From contig NC_068982.1 of assembly GCF_001194135.2 (NCBI RefSeq), positions 144,452,139 through 144,516,138 of the forward strand: DNA of 64,000 nt, read 5' to 3'. Below the pieces are notes generated by a model. That model was not told the origin of the DNA. It searched no databases and saw nothing but the letters and a program-made list of their open reading frames with translations. Shown piece after piece: positions 51,437 to 64,000 of this stretch; the stretch's first letter is position 1, and each line of letters begins with the position of its first letter. The DNA comes from Octopus bimaculoides. Its lineage: Eukaryota. Both the position numbers and the translations under genes were made by a program.

Positions 51437-51751
51437 TTCAATCATTTTGATACCAACCCACCTGAAATCACACCTGGTACTACGACACCAACTTCTTGTT
51501 TAAAATTATCTAAATTAAAACCTTCCATTAACATCGTCATTTAACATCCGCCTTCCATGCTAGCATGGGTTGGACGATTTGACTGAGGACTGGTGAAACC
51601 AGATGGTTACATCAGGCTCCAATCTGATTTGGCAGTTCCAAACACCAGCTTAATAATGACAAAATTATTTTATTAAAGTCTTCATTATTTTCAAAATTAA
51701 TGGAAACAAAGACACTGTATTTCAACAGAAATAGATTAACAAAAGGGTTAA
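51437..51751 (+). mobile_element. TTAA-type (piggyBac-like) MITE interrupted by an RTE 3' fragment (51532-51635, minus)
   Basis: Right end aacaaaagggTTAA; body matches 57950-58190 and reverse complement of 63104-63331. Confidence 0.7.
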
Positions 51752-51832
51752 TCATTTCCCACACTAAATCCCACCTTTAAATTTCACTCTATATCTTAAT
51801 GAGTGAAGTGTTTTTCATTGGATATATTGTAT

Positions 51833-52049
51833 TTAACCTTTTAGCATTTAAACTGACCATATCCATCCCAAATATTTTACCTTAATTTATGTTCAAACCA
51901 GCCAGATGCAACTTCTCGCATCAACCTGACAATGTCATTCTAAAAATCAACAATCACCTCATGGAAATCTCAGAGCTATGAGATAATGCAATATTATTTC
52001 AAAATAATGTCAATAAATAAGTATTGCATTTGACATGCTAAAGGGTTAA
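51833..52049 (+). mobile_element. TTAA-type (piggyBac-like) MITE, second family
   Basis: TTAAccttttagcat ... atgctaaagggTTAA terminal inverted repeats. Confidence 0.8.
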
Positions 52050-52375
52050 AGTTAATGCCCTTCCTACTGCTAACAGCCTGAATCTAGCAGGCTCCAATAA
52101 CGTTTGAACTCCTGACCTTATGGTCATCCAAGAGCCATTGTGCCTCATATTGGTTGTGTAAAGCAACAAATCTATACTCACTTAGCTTAAAGTGACTAAG
52201 CAAATGAAAAAGAAATAAAATTTAATTCCTTTGGGTAACTTCAGCATCAATTGCTTACATTCTGAATCTTAACAGATTTTCTTACTTTACAGATATGTTA
52301 ATTTCTCTATTAAAAAAAATCTATTAATGCAAATTTGTTTCACTTGCGATAATAACCTGTTCAACAAAATAAAGA

Positions 52376-52590
52376 ATACTGGTTTCAAATTTTGGCAAAA
52401 GGTCAGTAATTTGAGGGGAAGGGGTTAAACGATTACATTGACCCTAGTGCTCAAACAGTACTTATTTTACTCCAAAAGGATGAAAGGCAAAGTTGGCCCC
52501 AGCAGAATTCAAACACAAAACATAAAGATGGACAAAACGCTGTTAGGTATTTTGCCCAGCATCCTAAGGATTCTGTCAGTTTGCTGCCTC
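52376..52590 (-). mobile_element. Nin/Deu-like SINE
   Basis: Same sequence as 345-578. Confidence 0.75.
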
Positions 52591-53339
52591 AACAAAGTAA
52601 AGAACATTGAAATCTAGTAAACAAAAGTTGAGACGAATCTAATTTTCTTTACTTAAAATCATTGCAATTGAAAAAACAACAACACAAACAGAAATAGTAG
52701 TGATTAAAAATTTAAGCACACTTATATTGTTAGAATAAAGTTACAAATTTGATGAGGACAATTTTAATTTTATTTTATTTTTTTTTTTGAGAAATGCTGC
52801 ACATATTAAGTAACAAAGCTGTTAGTTTGTGTTCCAATAATTTTCAAAATTTCACCAAGTTTTAAATATGTAGCCCTATTTTTTATTTGTTTAATTATAA
52901 TAAAAACCTAAATAGCTAAAAGTTACATTGAAATTCATCATCATTTAACATCCGTTTTCCATGTTGGCATGGATTGGAAAATTATTTTTATATTTATGAA
53001 TATAAATGGAAAAAACTAGTATTATTTTTACTGGAAAAAAAATTCAATAAATACCAAAATAATATAACATTTTTTTTTTTTTAATGAAAAAGTAAAGCTA
53101 ACACAATTAGTGTTCAGTTCAAACTAGTAAAGATGGGTGGCTGGTAGGAAAAACATGGACAAAGAGGGAAATTCCAGTTAAAACTCAGAACAGAGGCCAT
53201 TGTAATAGCAATAGAAGAGATAGACAGAAAACTGTCTGTGAGATGGTGGATATAATGTGCTGGTCAGTGAGTCTTTGTCAAATAACCAGAAAGATAGTAT
53301 AATTTTTATAGTAGTTTGTGTGTTTAGAAGTAACATTAA

Positions 53340-53590
53340 GTAGAGTAAAGGGCTAATGTATATGTATAGAGAATGAAACCTTTGGTGTACATAAGAGCTG
53401 ATAGGATCTGGCCTGGAAAGAGCTTCATCATCACTGCATACTGCAATGGGATGGTCTGACAGGAGACTTCCAATCCAAAAGATAGAGACAAATTGGCCAC
53501 ATACAAGACCAACTTAGCTAGGAAGTTCTCATACCACCTGTAGTCAAAAGTTTTACAAATGTCAAGTGCAGTAACATTTCTTTCACACAA
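53340..53590 (-). mobile_element. Degenerate Jockey/CR1-type RT fragment
   Basis: VTALDICKTFDYRWYENFLAKL resembles VALDISKAFDRVWH..LL.KL. Confidence 0.65.
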
Positions 53591-53827
53591 GTTTTCAAAG
53601 GTAAAAGATCACTAGCATGAAAGATTAAGAAAGGCTAAGATACACAGAAATTGTACCAAATGGTACCAATGAGAAAAGAGAGACTTAAAGCAACAAAGTA
53701 GGTGATTGTTAACAAGTGTTCCTGTAATCTTTGAGAGTTAAAAATCAGAGACATTAGAGACATGATTTGAAATGGCTACAATCAGAGATCAAAACCAGGT
53801 GGTAGAATTATCCCACTGAGAACTTAC

Positions 53828-53911
53828 CTTTACTAGATTCCAATACTATTTGATCAGTAACCTTAGTCCATGACATAACAATTTAGTGGTTATTATAGTT
53901 TGATGCTATTG
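53828..53911 (-). CDS. Candidate exon carrying a start codon (ATG at 53876; MSWTKVTDQIVLESSK, phase 1)
   Basis: Acceptor tttatttacattcttgttcttaaAG, donor AAG|GTAAGT, in-frame TAA 6 nt upstream of the ATG. No homology recognised. Confidence 0.3.
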
Positions 53912-54811
53912 CTTTAAGAACAAGAATGTAAATAAATTTACTTTTGAACGAAATACTATACTAAAAACAATGGAATGTACTGAAAAGTTTCAATTACAGT
54001 AGCAGCATATTTTATTGAAGATTTACATAGAAACATTAGCTTACTCTAACTTCCAAAATAGAGATAATTCATTTGTTTTATACACTTTACAAAAAAAAAA
54101 AAAAAGATCCGATATAAGCTAGACTAGAGAACTGAGCAATCTTTCAAATATTTCTCTTATGTTATTTAATTCTATGTCAAAACTTTATGATCATTAGGTC
54201 CACAATTCTAAATTATCCAATTTCTCCATGAACTGATTGTCCACTAGAACATGTCTTCCAAACTAATTTGGCCACCATTAGAGCAAATTTCACTGAAGAA
54301 AATGCCAAACAAGTCACTCTTCCCCACCCAGTTTCTTATTTCTGAAAAATATTCAGAGATAAGTATATAAAAAAAACTATGGAAGATTTCCAGGACAGAA
54401 AACAAAAATATTGTTTAATGCCAAAGTTAGTTCTTAGCCTCCATAGCTGGCACAAAATTTTCTGCTAATATAGCTTACTCCTTTTGCCAGGATATAGTGT
54501 AGGTAATATATATTTTATTGATGTATTGGTCAATGTTTACATATGCCAAAATGTAAAAATCAAATGAAAATGTAGTAGATACAGGAATGATGATAGAACT
54601 GTTAATTAAATGCCTTAATGAAGCAAGTGACTCCAAAAACAGGACCAACAAAATTTGGTCACATTGGCCATCATATGACCCTAAAAAAGTATATAATTCA
54701 TTAGGGATTCTACAAAAAGCACATCTAGCATGGCAGAAAATATTCTATGGTGACTGTGTCTAGTGAAAGCAAAAAATGAATTTACTTTCATACCAACTCT
54801 CTCTCTCTCTC

Positions 54812-55136
54812 TTGGCACTTGTGCCGGTGGCACGTGAAAAGACAATTGAGCGAGATCGCTGCCAGAGCCGCTGGATTGGCTCCTGTGCAGGTGGCATGTA
54901 AAATACACATTTTGAGCATGGCCGTTGCCAGCACCGCCTGACTGGCCTTCATGCCAGTGGCACTTAAAAGTACCCACTACACTCTCGGAGTGGTTGGTGT
55001 TAGGAAGGGCATCCAGCTGTAGAAACTCTGCCAAATCAGATTGGAGCCTGGTGTAGCCATCTGGTTCACCATTCCTCAGTCAAATCGTCCAACCTATGCA
55101 AGCATGGAAAGTGGACGTTAAACGATGATGATGATT
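54812..55136 (+). mobile_element. 5'-truncated RTE 3' end
   Basis: Same 3'UTR and (GAT)n tail. Confidence 0.85.
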
Positions 55137-55259
55137 TNNNNNNNNNNATATACACACACACACACACACATATATATCAGTTAATTAGAAGATATATTAA
55201 CCTCTTAAAGAGATTTTGGGGAAATAAAATTTCTCTAAATCAATAGATAAAAAATAGGC

Positions 55260-55419
55260 ATATAATCCGTATTCAATTAATAGAAGAAAAGAAAATGGAG
55301 AGTTGAAAGTTAATAATTATTTATTAATAAATTCATAAAATTTTCAATTTATTAATAAATAATTATTAACTTTCAACTCTCCATTTTCTTTTCTTCTATT
55401 AATTGAATATGGATTATAT
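55260..55419. repeat. Long inverted repeat: 74-bp arms, 12-nt spacer, 1 mismatch
   Basis: 55260-55333 is the reverse complement of 55346-55419 except g55269/t55410. Confidence 0.95.
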
Positions 55420-56094
55420 ATATACACTAACACACACAAAGGCAACAGGCTGCTCCACAGTTTCCTTCTACCATACTCCACTTACAACAAAATGGTCAAC
55501 TTAAAGCCATTGTAGAAGACATTTGCCTAAGGTTCCATGGTTCTGGGTTTGATTCCACTACACAGAAACTTCTTTAACATGAACGGGAATTTAGAAGACA
55601 AAAACGAAACTACAAACAGCTGTCGTATATGCATATCTGTAAGTGAGTGTGTGTACTTTTATGCATACACTGGTCTTAAAACTAGGGTTGTTTATGTTGC
55701 ATTCCTTTGTGTCCTATAACTTGGCAGTCCAACAAATAGATTTCAATAAAACAGTTGCTTGACTGATATAACTACTGAAATTGATATGATAAAATAAACC
55801 CTTGAAATTGGTTCCCAACATGACCAGAGACTAATGATTAAGAGAGGTTAAAAAATAAAAACAATTTATTTTCACTATCAAGATACTCACTTCATTAAAT
55901 ATGTTAATACTAACTTAACAATTGTTTGCCACACATCTGAGTAATTAACCCCTCAATCGTCGGGCAATATGCTATGCTTGAGAAGACCTGTTGAGTCAAG
56001 TGAAATCATTGATGTGGCTGATGCTAGTACCGCCTGACTGGCACCTGTGCTGGTGGCATGTAAAAAGCACCTTTCTTTTCTACTCTAGGCACCC

Positions 56095-56257
56095 ACCGAA
56101 ATTTTGGGATGATAGCATATGAAAAATTCAAAGTCTTGAAATTTTTAAACTTTCTCAAGCGACCCCATTTTCACAATACTTCAGCATCCCTTCATGGCCC
56201 CCTAAAATCACTTCACAGTCACCTAGGGGACCACAGACCCCAGTTTGAGAACCACTG
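56095..56257 (-). mobile_element. hAT/Charlie-like non-autonomous element end
   Basis: Minus-strand terminus CAGTGGTTCTCAAACTGGGGTC; partner end not found. Confidence 0.45.
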
Positions 56258-57949
56258 AAGTAGATGAAGTCCATGCTCCCTTGAGGAGGTCTAATAACAA
56301 TGAAGCATATCCAAAGTTATCTTCTGTAACTACCAAAATGTCATTAAGTCAAATGTCATCTTTTCCTCACAGCATAATTTTGATTAGATTTTTTTTATGC
56401 TTACTATATGCTAACAGAAATTGTATTGTTTTCAACATATTTCCACATCTGAGTAAATTACTTTCCATTAGTTTTTTTGTTTTTTGTTTTTTTCCAATTT
56501 ATCTTTAGAAGCAAACTACAATGTTAGAATACTTTGTATTACAAATTATTTTAGTTTCAACACAATATAGAATAGTATATTGAGCTTCTCATAAATGTCT
56601 CACAGCTAAAGCAGCTTTATGTTGCTTTGCTTGGCTTTTACAGCTGAAAGAAAATGGATGAAAATTTCCTGATGGAATGAATTTAAAAGAATGGGGTTTT
56701 TTGGGGGTTTTTTTAAAGATGAAAAATGAGGATGAGACAAGCAATGCTATTATTATAACACATTCATATACCATAATATATATGTATATTATTTTTTTTG
56801 AAACATAGAATGTTTTGTGATACAAATCAATTTAGTCTGTGTCAGAACAGTATATGGGATGGTACTCTTCAAATGCTTTTCTCTAAGTGTGACAACTTTA
56901 CTCCAACTTCATGATAAGTTCCTCTATGTAGCATTATAGACTTACTTCCAGTCACAACACTTTTGCAACCTCTTCCTCCCTACTTTTCACCACATAACAG
57001 AGACAACTTTTCAGCAAAGAACTTCAGATCACATCATGTTCACACACACACACACACAATTCAGTAGCTAAAGCCTTCTCCTTCTACATTGATATGGACC
57101 GCAGAAGCCACATTACAGGCTACCTATCTGAGAGAGTAGTGACTCTAAACATAAACTTTTCTATAGCCGAGGAGATAAGTTCTCTTAGCTTGAGACAATC
57201 TCTGGAACCAAAATATGCACCAAGTACACTGTGAAAAGTGGTTGTTCATAGGAAGTGCATCTAACCACAGAAAACATCAAAATGGAATGTATGAGCAGAA
57301 CATAGGCTCTGAAAGTTGCATTTTAGGAGACCTGTCCAGGAGGACTGTAATTCTCAACAAGAACAGCTACAGGGAATATGGAACCCTTTAGTCCTCCTCA
57401 TATGAGACAATCACTCTAGTATTGGTAGCTTGATGAAATATTAAGTCCACTCTAACACATACACAGCACCAAATCCGAATAGTTTTCTTACTTGTTGTTT
57501 GTATAAGCTGGGGCAGACTATGACAATTTATATGACCTATGCCACAATGGAATCACAAACGTTAAAAAATTATGATAATGATGATCATGATACTGGTTGT
57601 TGTTATGTCCTGTTTAGAGAAAAGAAAAAAAGCAGTCAGTAAATTCCCATATAAATGAAAGGGTTATGTGTTTCCTTTTCTATTTCATAGTCAGGAGCTC
57701 AAATTCTTCTTGCTATAATAATAGTGTGGCATCTCTAATTACGGCTTCAGGTTTAAAGCTGACCTGGAGTAGAAAGGGCATATCATTAAAGAGGTCACAA
57801 ATGGCAATAAAAGGACTTTGGCAAAAACAACTGACTGATTAACCAAATGATTAATCACTAAATTGGTTGATTGGTTAAATAGTTAACCAACTGATGAATG
57901 ATAAAGAAGTGAAATTAAACAGTGTGTGTTTATTACTGACATAATGACC

Positions 57950-58190
57950 CTCTTGAGATACGTCAAAATCTATTTCAACTCACAAGTTTATATCAAGAAT
58001 CTTGCAAACCGATTATAAAAACAAAACCAACATTGTTCTAAATTAAACCTTCTCTCAAAATTTCATGTTAATTTATGTTCTAAACATTAGCTTGATAATG
58101 AAAATTATTTTACAAAATACTTCATTATTTTCAAAATTAATTGAAACAAAGACTGTATATTTCAATAGAAATATGGTAACAAAAAGGTTA
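57950..58190 (+). mobile_element. Degenerate TTAA-type MITE
   Basis: Body matches 51437-51751; ends atatggtaacaaaaaggtta. Confidence 0.6.
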
Positions 58191-59736
58191 CTGTATTGGT
58201 CTGATGAAAAAAAGTCTCGTGACTGAGTGGTTGACAAGAAACAGAATTCAACAACAGTAACATTTTTCTAATGGCTTAGTCAGAGTAGGAAACTATGACT
58301 CATTGGTTATCCTCAGACTGGAGACCTGGTTCAGATGCTTGCAACAAAGCGAATTCCACAACAATACTCACAAAGCCAGACAGTGGTGTTAAAACCAAGC
58401 AATAAATTAGGTTTATCACCTGAGTAAAAGTAACTAGTCCATTTGACCCAAGGCTATTATAAAAGACACTTGTTTAAAGAACCACATAATGAAATCAAAC
58501 CTGAGACCATGGTTATAAACTTCTAAACCAATCATGCAATAATACTGAATTTGAAATCATGTCATCTCAAAGTAAACTTCCCCACCATATGGCTATGTGT
58601 GCATCCCAACTGCCCTAAAATAAATATGTAAACAACAAAATATTTAAAACTTTAACTACAACAATGACGTCTTAAGACTAGGCAAAAAGCCAGTTCTACC
58701 AAACGAATATGCAAGAATTTCTTTGAAAAAGCAACATTAGAAAACATATGGCATGTGCAGTTGAATATTTTTACTTTGTATGAGGAACCAAGAGAATAGC
58801 AACAGAATCAAGTTAGTGGACTTCACTTAAAAATACAAAAGTGTTATGAATATCAGTCAATATTACAGATGAATACAGAAGTGATCAGAAAAAGAAACAC
58901 TTGCAATTTTCAATTGGCTTTTATCCAAAAATAAGGATAATATGAAGAGAATAAAACTTTAATCCAAATAACCCATTTCTATACAGAAATGACATAAATC
59001 AAACTTCATGGTAATTTTGTAAAAATATTTTCAAAGCATACAGAGAAATCAGTATAAAACAACTAAATATGAAAAATAATCCCTGATAATATCAATGTTA
59101 TCATGAAGTAAAAATCTCCTCACTTAAACTTTTCTGTCTCTTGCCAGAAACATTTGATGCCTTTAGTTCCCAGTTGTTTTTCTTGGCTCATTTTGAGTAT
59201 AACTTATCTCTTTGTAGGCTCATATTACAGTTTTAGTGACTAGTATTCATAATCCATCTCCAGAGATTGCAAACAAACAACACCAAAAACCCAGATTTCC
59301 CTACCATACGGTGCATTACCTGTAATACATCACACTTCACTTTTTAAATAAATAAAGACTTTCCAAATCAAACTAGTCTAGTATTCTTTAAACTTAGTAC
59401 CGGTTACCTGTGAATATTCATAGCTTAAATGTGCTACTCCTAGTTAACCATTGTTATAACCCATATTCTTTGTATATGATCTGAACATGATGCCTATTGC
59501 TAGAACAATGAATACTGAAGGTTGGTTGCATAACTGATGTTAGAAATTTGTATCTCATAATACATGTATTGATAAAAAGCAGTAGTTTAATAAAAGCAGT
59601 TCATATTTCTTTATAAAGAAAAGATTAAATTAGTCTACAGATTACTATCACATGGTTTTGAATTCTATTAAATAATATTAGAAACAGACACCTAGAGATT
59701 ATTAAATATCACTATCAATTGGTGCTACGTAAAAAG

Positions 59737-59957
59737 TACTGGTGATAGTGTCACATAAAAAGCAATGATAGTGCCACGTAAAAAGCACTCCTTACACTGT
59801 AAAGTGGTTGGTATTAGGAAGGGCACCCAGCTGTGAAAACCAAACCAAAACAGACTATGGAACCTGGTGCAGGCCCTGGCCTTGCCAGCTCCTGCCAAGC
59901 TATCCAACCCATGTCAATATCGAAAATGAATATTAAATGATGATGGTGATGATGATG
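59737..59957 (+). mobile_element. Older RTE 3' end copy
   Basis: aaaagcac..gtggttggtattaggaagggcacccagctgt..ccaacccatg..ttaaatgatgatg. Confidence 0.7.
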
Positions 59958-61719
59958 AGTAGAATAATAAAATAATAAAGGTGAATATACAATGGAAAGA
60001 GAAGTACAATAGTGAGCTTCATTTTTCTAAGCTCTGAGTTCAAATGCTACTGAAGTTGAATTTATTTTTGGTTCTATAAAATTTGTTAAACCAAGTACCA
60101 GTAATATCTGTCCCTTATACTAATAGCTTAACTTTATAGTTCATATCTGCCTCATCTCATGCAATAAAAGGGGTGCCACAATCTTAAGCATATCCTTTCA
60201 TATCCCTTACAAAACTTGTCAAGTGGTTCTTAAGAGTTTAGGATATCTAATCTTATCAGGTAAGAGATATTTATTTTTAAAAGAACTGCAATGAAAGGCA
60301 AAGTGCTTTGATGGAGTGGACCTGTCCAAACCTATACCAGTTTGGAAAAAAGATGTTAAACTAACTTGAAAAATGAAAGATACATTGAATGTAAGATCAA
60401 ACTTTCCAACTGAAGCCATAGTTATTTATTTAATCAATTTTTAGTTAGTCTGATCAAAAAAAGTAATGCTTTTAATGTCTTTCTAGAGACTAAGAATAAG
60501 GACAAATAGGTGAGATTAAAGCTAATACTGCAGGTTAGATGAAAAGAAAACATGGGCAGAGATATAGCTCACAAAATATGCAATTCTAAGAAAGTTGGTT
60601 ACATCAGATTTTCTCATACAAGTGATATACCAAAATATCACTTGGGAGATCTGAGGAAGGGAGCATTAGGAAAGATGCTTAACCATTTTAATAGCAATTC
60701 ACCTTGGATAGGCTATATTATAAAGTAATCAAATTAAGAAATCTCAGTCATAATCATTATTCCACGAGATATCAATTAGTTAACACCAATATATCAATAT
60801 AAATGAATAAGTCAATACTCAACATCAATATTCAAGTATAAGTCAATATATCAATATAAGTCTAAAGCGGTCACTCAACCTACTAGAAATAACAAATAAA
60901 TATCCTTCAAGAAACACTTGATAATTTTGGAAAAACCTATGCTAGCATGAAAGGTGGATGTTAAACAATGATGATGATGAGACATATTAGATAAAGTAAT
61001 GCTGAACACACAAAAAAGACATGATTGTCATTGCCAGAATGTTTGAACAAGGCTGACAGAGGGATAATTAACAGCAACAACCTGTAAATCACATAGACAT
61101 AACCAGCAAAAAAATCCTCACTTAACCTGCTAGAAATATCAACCAAATATTTCTCCTCTTAAAAGAAGGACTCATTGCATAATGTAGATCTTGATGCACT
61201 ACATCTGAAAATAACATGGTATTATTATGGTTGAAATGCTTTAGGTCATAGCTTTGATGTGGAATGAAACAACAACCTGTAATATGCTGGGGTTGATGCA
61301 ATCCCAAGCTGGTAGTTGAAACTTCATGTTGTTAAACACAAATAGAAAGAGAGGAAGATAAGAAGACAGAAAGAAAGTCATAAGACGTAAGAAACTGAAA
61401 AAGAAGAGAAACAAACACGAAAAGAGAGGAAGTAACATATTTAATTCCTTATTTATATCTTTGCTGTTTTAATTAATTTAATTATTTAATTACATTTGTA
61501 GAATTCACTAAAAATAGGTATCAAATTACAACTTTGGAATTCATCAGCACTGAAATTATTTCATAGCTCCTCAACAGTTCCATATGCCGCCAGGGACATT
61601 GAAATATTTCTGCACTGCTTTTATTTATTTATTAATAAATTAGAAATGTCTCCAAAGACCTAACGAAGGCAACAGTGACATGAGCTTAGCCTTAGAGATA
61701 AATCATTCCTTTAGATTTG

Positions 61720-61852
61720 GTGCCTACATGGTTCCAGGTTCAATTCCACTACATGGCACCTTGAACAAGTGTCTTCTACTATAGTTCTGAGTTGACCAAA
61801 GTCTTGTGAGTGGATCTGGTAAACAGAAACTGGAAGAAGCCCATTGTATATA

Positions 61853-61900
<48 letters not shown>

Positions 61901-62105
61901 CACATGCATCTTTGTATTTGTTGCCACGAACACTTGACAACTGGTGTTGGTTTGTTTACATCACCAAAACATAATGGTTCAGAAAAAGATACTGATAGTA
62001 TAAGTACCAGACTTAAAAAAAAAACTGGGGTCAATTTGTTCAACTAAAAGTCTTCAGGACAGTGTCCCAGCATAGCCACAGTCCAATGACTGAAACAAGT
62101 TAAAG
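61720..62105 (+). mobile_element. SINE family A, 5'-degraded
   Basis: Matches 15388-15783, including internal (TG)n and tail. Confidence 0.8.
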
Positions 62106-63103
62106 GAAAATATATCTGGCAACCAGGCAAACTGAAGTAGCCACAGAATGAAATGTACTGCCAAGAAACAAAACAAAAAAATGCTTACAGTGGATTTGGA
62201 GGAGTTCGACACCTTTTCAGTTTACAAGGTTTGACTGATTGAATTTTCCATATTTTGAGAGAGATAAAAAAAAGTATTGAGAAAAAGTAGAGATTAATAT
62301 CTACAAGAGGAAGGGTTGGCAGGTTTATAATGTAAGTGAAACCAAGTACTTTGTGTGGTACTTAATAATGCCACCAAGTTAAAACACCAACATTTGGAGA
62401 AGTTAGCATAGGAGCTTGACCAGTTAGAAACAGCAGCCAATTCACTACCCCACTGTCTTCACTACGTCAAAAATAAAAAAGACAGGATGGATACAATTGG
62501 AATACCTTTGGTCATAGGTTGGCTCAAACAAGGGCTGGCCTGACCCTAAACAACTACTACCACTAATTGGTCCTAGGGTACTTGTTGGTTGTGTTCCTTC
62601 TTCTGCAAAACATTGAAACTTGGCTCACATAACCATGTTCTCTTCTGCCCATGTCTTTCCTGCAGACACTGTTCTACAGATATTCAGGCTGGATATCAAC
62701 CATACTAATGAGGAAAGAGCCTGCAAAGGTCATAAACACTGGCTCTCCTCCCTTGACAAATCTATAAAAAGAAAGTGTGACTAAGTACTAATGCTAATAA
62801 TAGTATTGATTTTTAAATTTGACAGAAGGTGACACATTTTGGAGAGGAGCATAGACAATTGAACTGACCTAAATAATTCAATGGTACTTATTTTTTTCCA
62901 TAGTGCAATGATGAAAGACATCAACCTTAGCAAAATTCATTGGAGGCTTACAGCTCATGAATACAGCCAGTGTAATATTTGGAGATAGAAATAGATGATT
63001 TGGTTTAATCAAGCTAGCATATATATATATATATATATAATGTAAATTAATTTAGATAAGGCCGGTTTATGGTATTACCCTGGGTTTCATGTCCTTAAAG
63101 TGC

Positions 63104-63331
63104 TTAAACCTTTCGTTACTGTATTTATTTTGAGATGCTCTGTGTTTCTTTCAATTACTTTAAATATAACAAAGAATTTAGTAAAATAACTTAGTTATCA
63201 TTAAGCTAGTGTTAGGAACATAAATTGTGACTAAGGTTTGATGGAAGATTTTAATTCAAAACTTATGAAAACAAGACATTTGTACTCAGAGCCAGAGCTG
63301 GTTTCAGCCAGGTTGGTAACGAAAGGGTTAA
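63104..63331 (-). mobile_element. Complete TTAA-type (piggyBac-like) MITE
   Basis: TTAAacctttcgttac ... gtaacgaaagggTTAA; orientation opposite to 51437-51751. Confidence 0.85.
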
Positions 63332-63828
63332 GGCCTCTCTAGTGAGGCAACCCAGGGTATTCCCATAAACAGGCCTTATCTAACTTTATTTATACTATAT
63401 ACTGCTCTATAACTTAGAGTGTGCTTCGTTTTTGGATTTATATCTTACTGATGATATGCAGGTAAATTTCCAAATTAAGTTAGTAGGGATATATAATCCA
63501 AGTGGGTACTGTATTCACTTTTACTAATTAATAATGTTGGTTAACTGCCGTGAGTAGAGTAAAACTCCAGTTAGTTTATTTTACTATCCTCAGTAGATTT
63601 TCACATCGGTAAATCCATATGTCTTTATAGAGACTGAATGTTGTCAGTAGAGAAGAATGGAATCTGAAATGCAGTTAATAGCACCCTGAAGAAGTGGCAA
63701 TTAACACCAAAATGCACAGCAAGATGCAAAATTTTGCAGTGTACACCGAGTTGCAGCAGAAACATATGTAGGTGCAGAAATGGAAAGACATGATTGACAG
63801 CAGAATAAAACTGAATGAACCAAATTCG

Positions 63829-63971
63829 ATGACTGGCACCCGTGCCAGTGGAGCACTAACAGCTCCATCCGAGTGGGATCACTGCCAGAGCAGCTATCTG
63901 GCTTCCGTGCCAGTGGTACGTAAAAAGCACCATTTGAGCGTGATCATTACCAGCGTCGCCTTACTGGCACC
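63829..63971 (+). mobile_element. Internal fragment of the RTE 3'UTR
   Basis: gactggcacccgtgccagtgg..gtaaaaagcaccatttgagcgtg. Confidence 0.6.
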
Positions 63972-64000
63972 TCCGACTCTGACTCCTCTTTATGTAAGTA

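Noticed and set aside
1-64000. CRISPR array, rRNA, bacterial or viral genes
   Set aside because: No regularly spaced repeat-spacer array, no rRNA motifs and no long ORFs; composition and repeats are those of a metazoan intron/intergenic region.

Overview
This is eukaryotic, AT-rich, microsatellite- and gap-rich genomic DNA. Its SINE/LINE families look like those of Octopus (coleoid cephalopod); that is recognition from memory, not a database match. Only one coding exon is well supported (minus strand, 699-1018, AG/GTAAGT boundaries, 106 open codons, product unrecognised), and its gene most likely continues left of the window. The rest is intron/intergenic DNA filled with two tRNA-derived SINE families, many 5'-truncated RTE 3' ends, and decayed non-LTR remnants of several clades (CRE, R4/Dong, R2/NeSL-like, Penelope, Jockey/CR1-type, RTE, Tx1). 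It also holds a non-autonomous Helitron nested in a LINE, TTAA (piggyBac-like) and TA (mariner-like) MITEs, and simple repeats. Nearly all ORFs in the track are microsatellite, gap or repeat artefacts. There is no prokaryotic, CRISPR, rRNA or tRNA gene evidence. The most unusual structures are a 74-bp near-perfect fold-back (55260-55419), a 47-bp SINE-head fold-back that pairs almost fully only on the minus strand (35322-35420), and a ~205-bp locally templated insertion inside a SINE (13122-13326). I found no clearly new multi-gene system.
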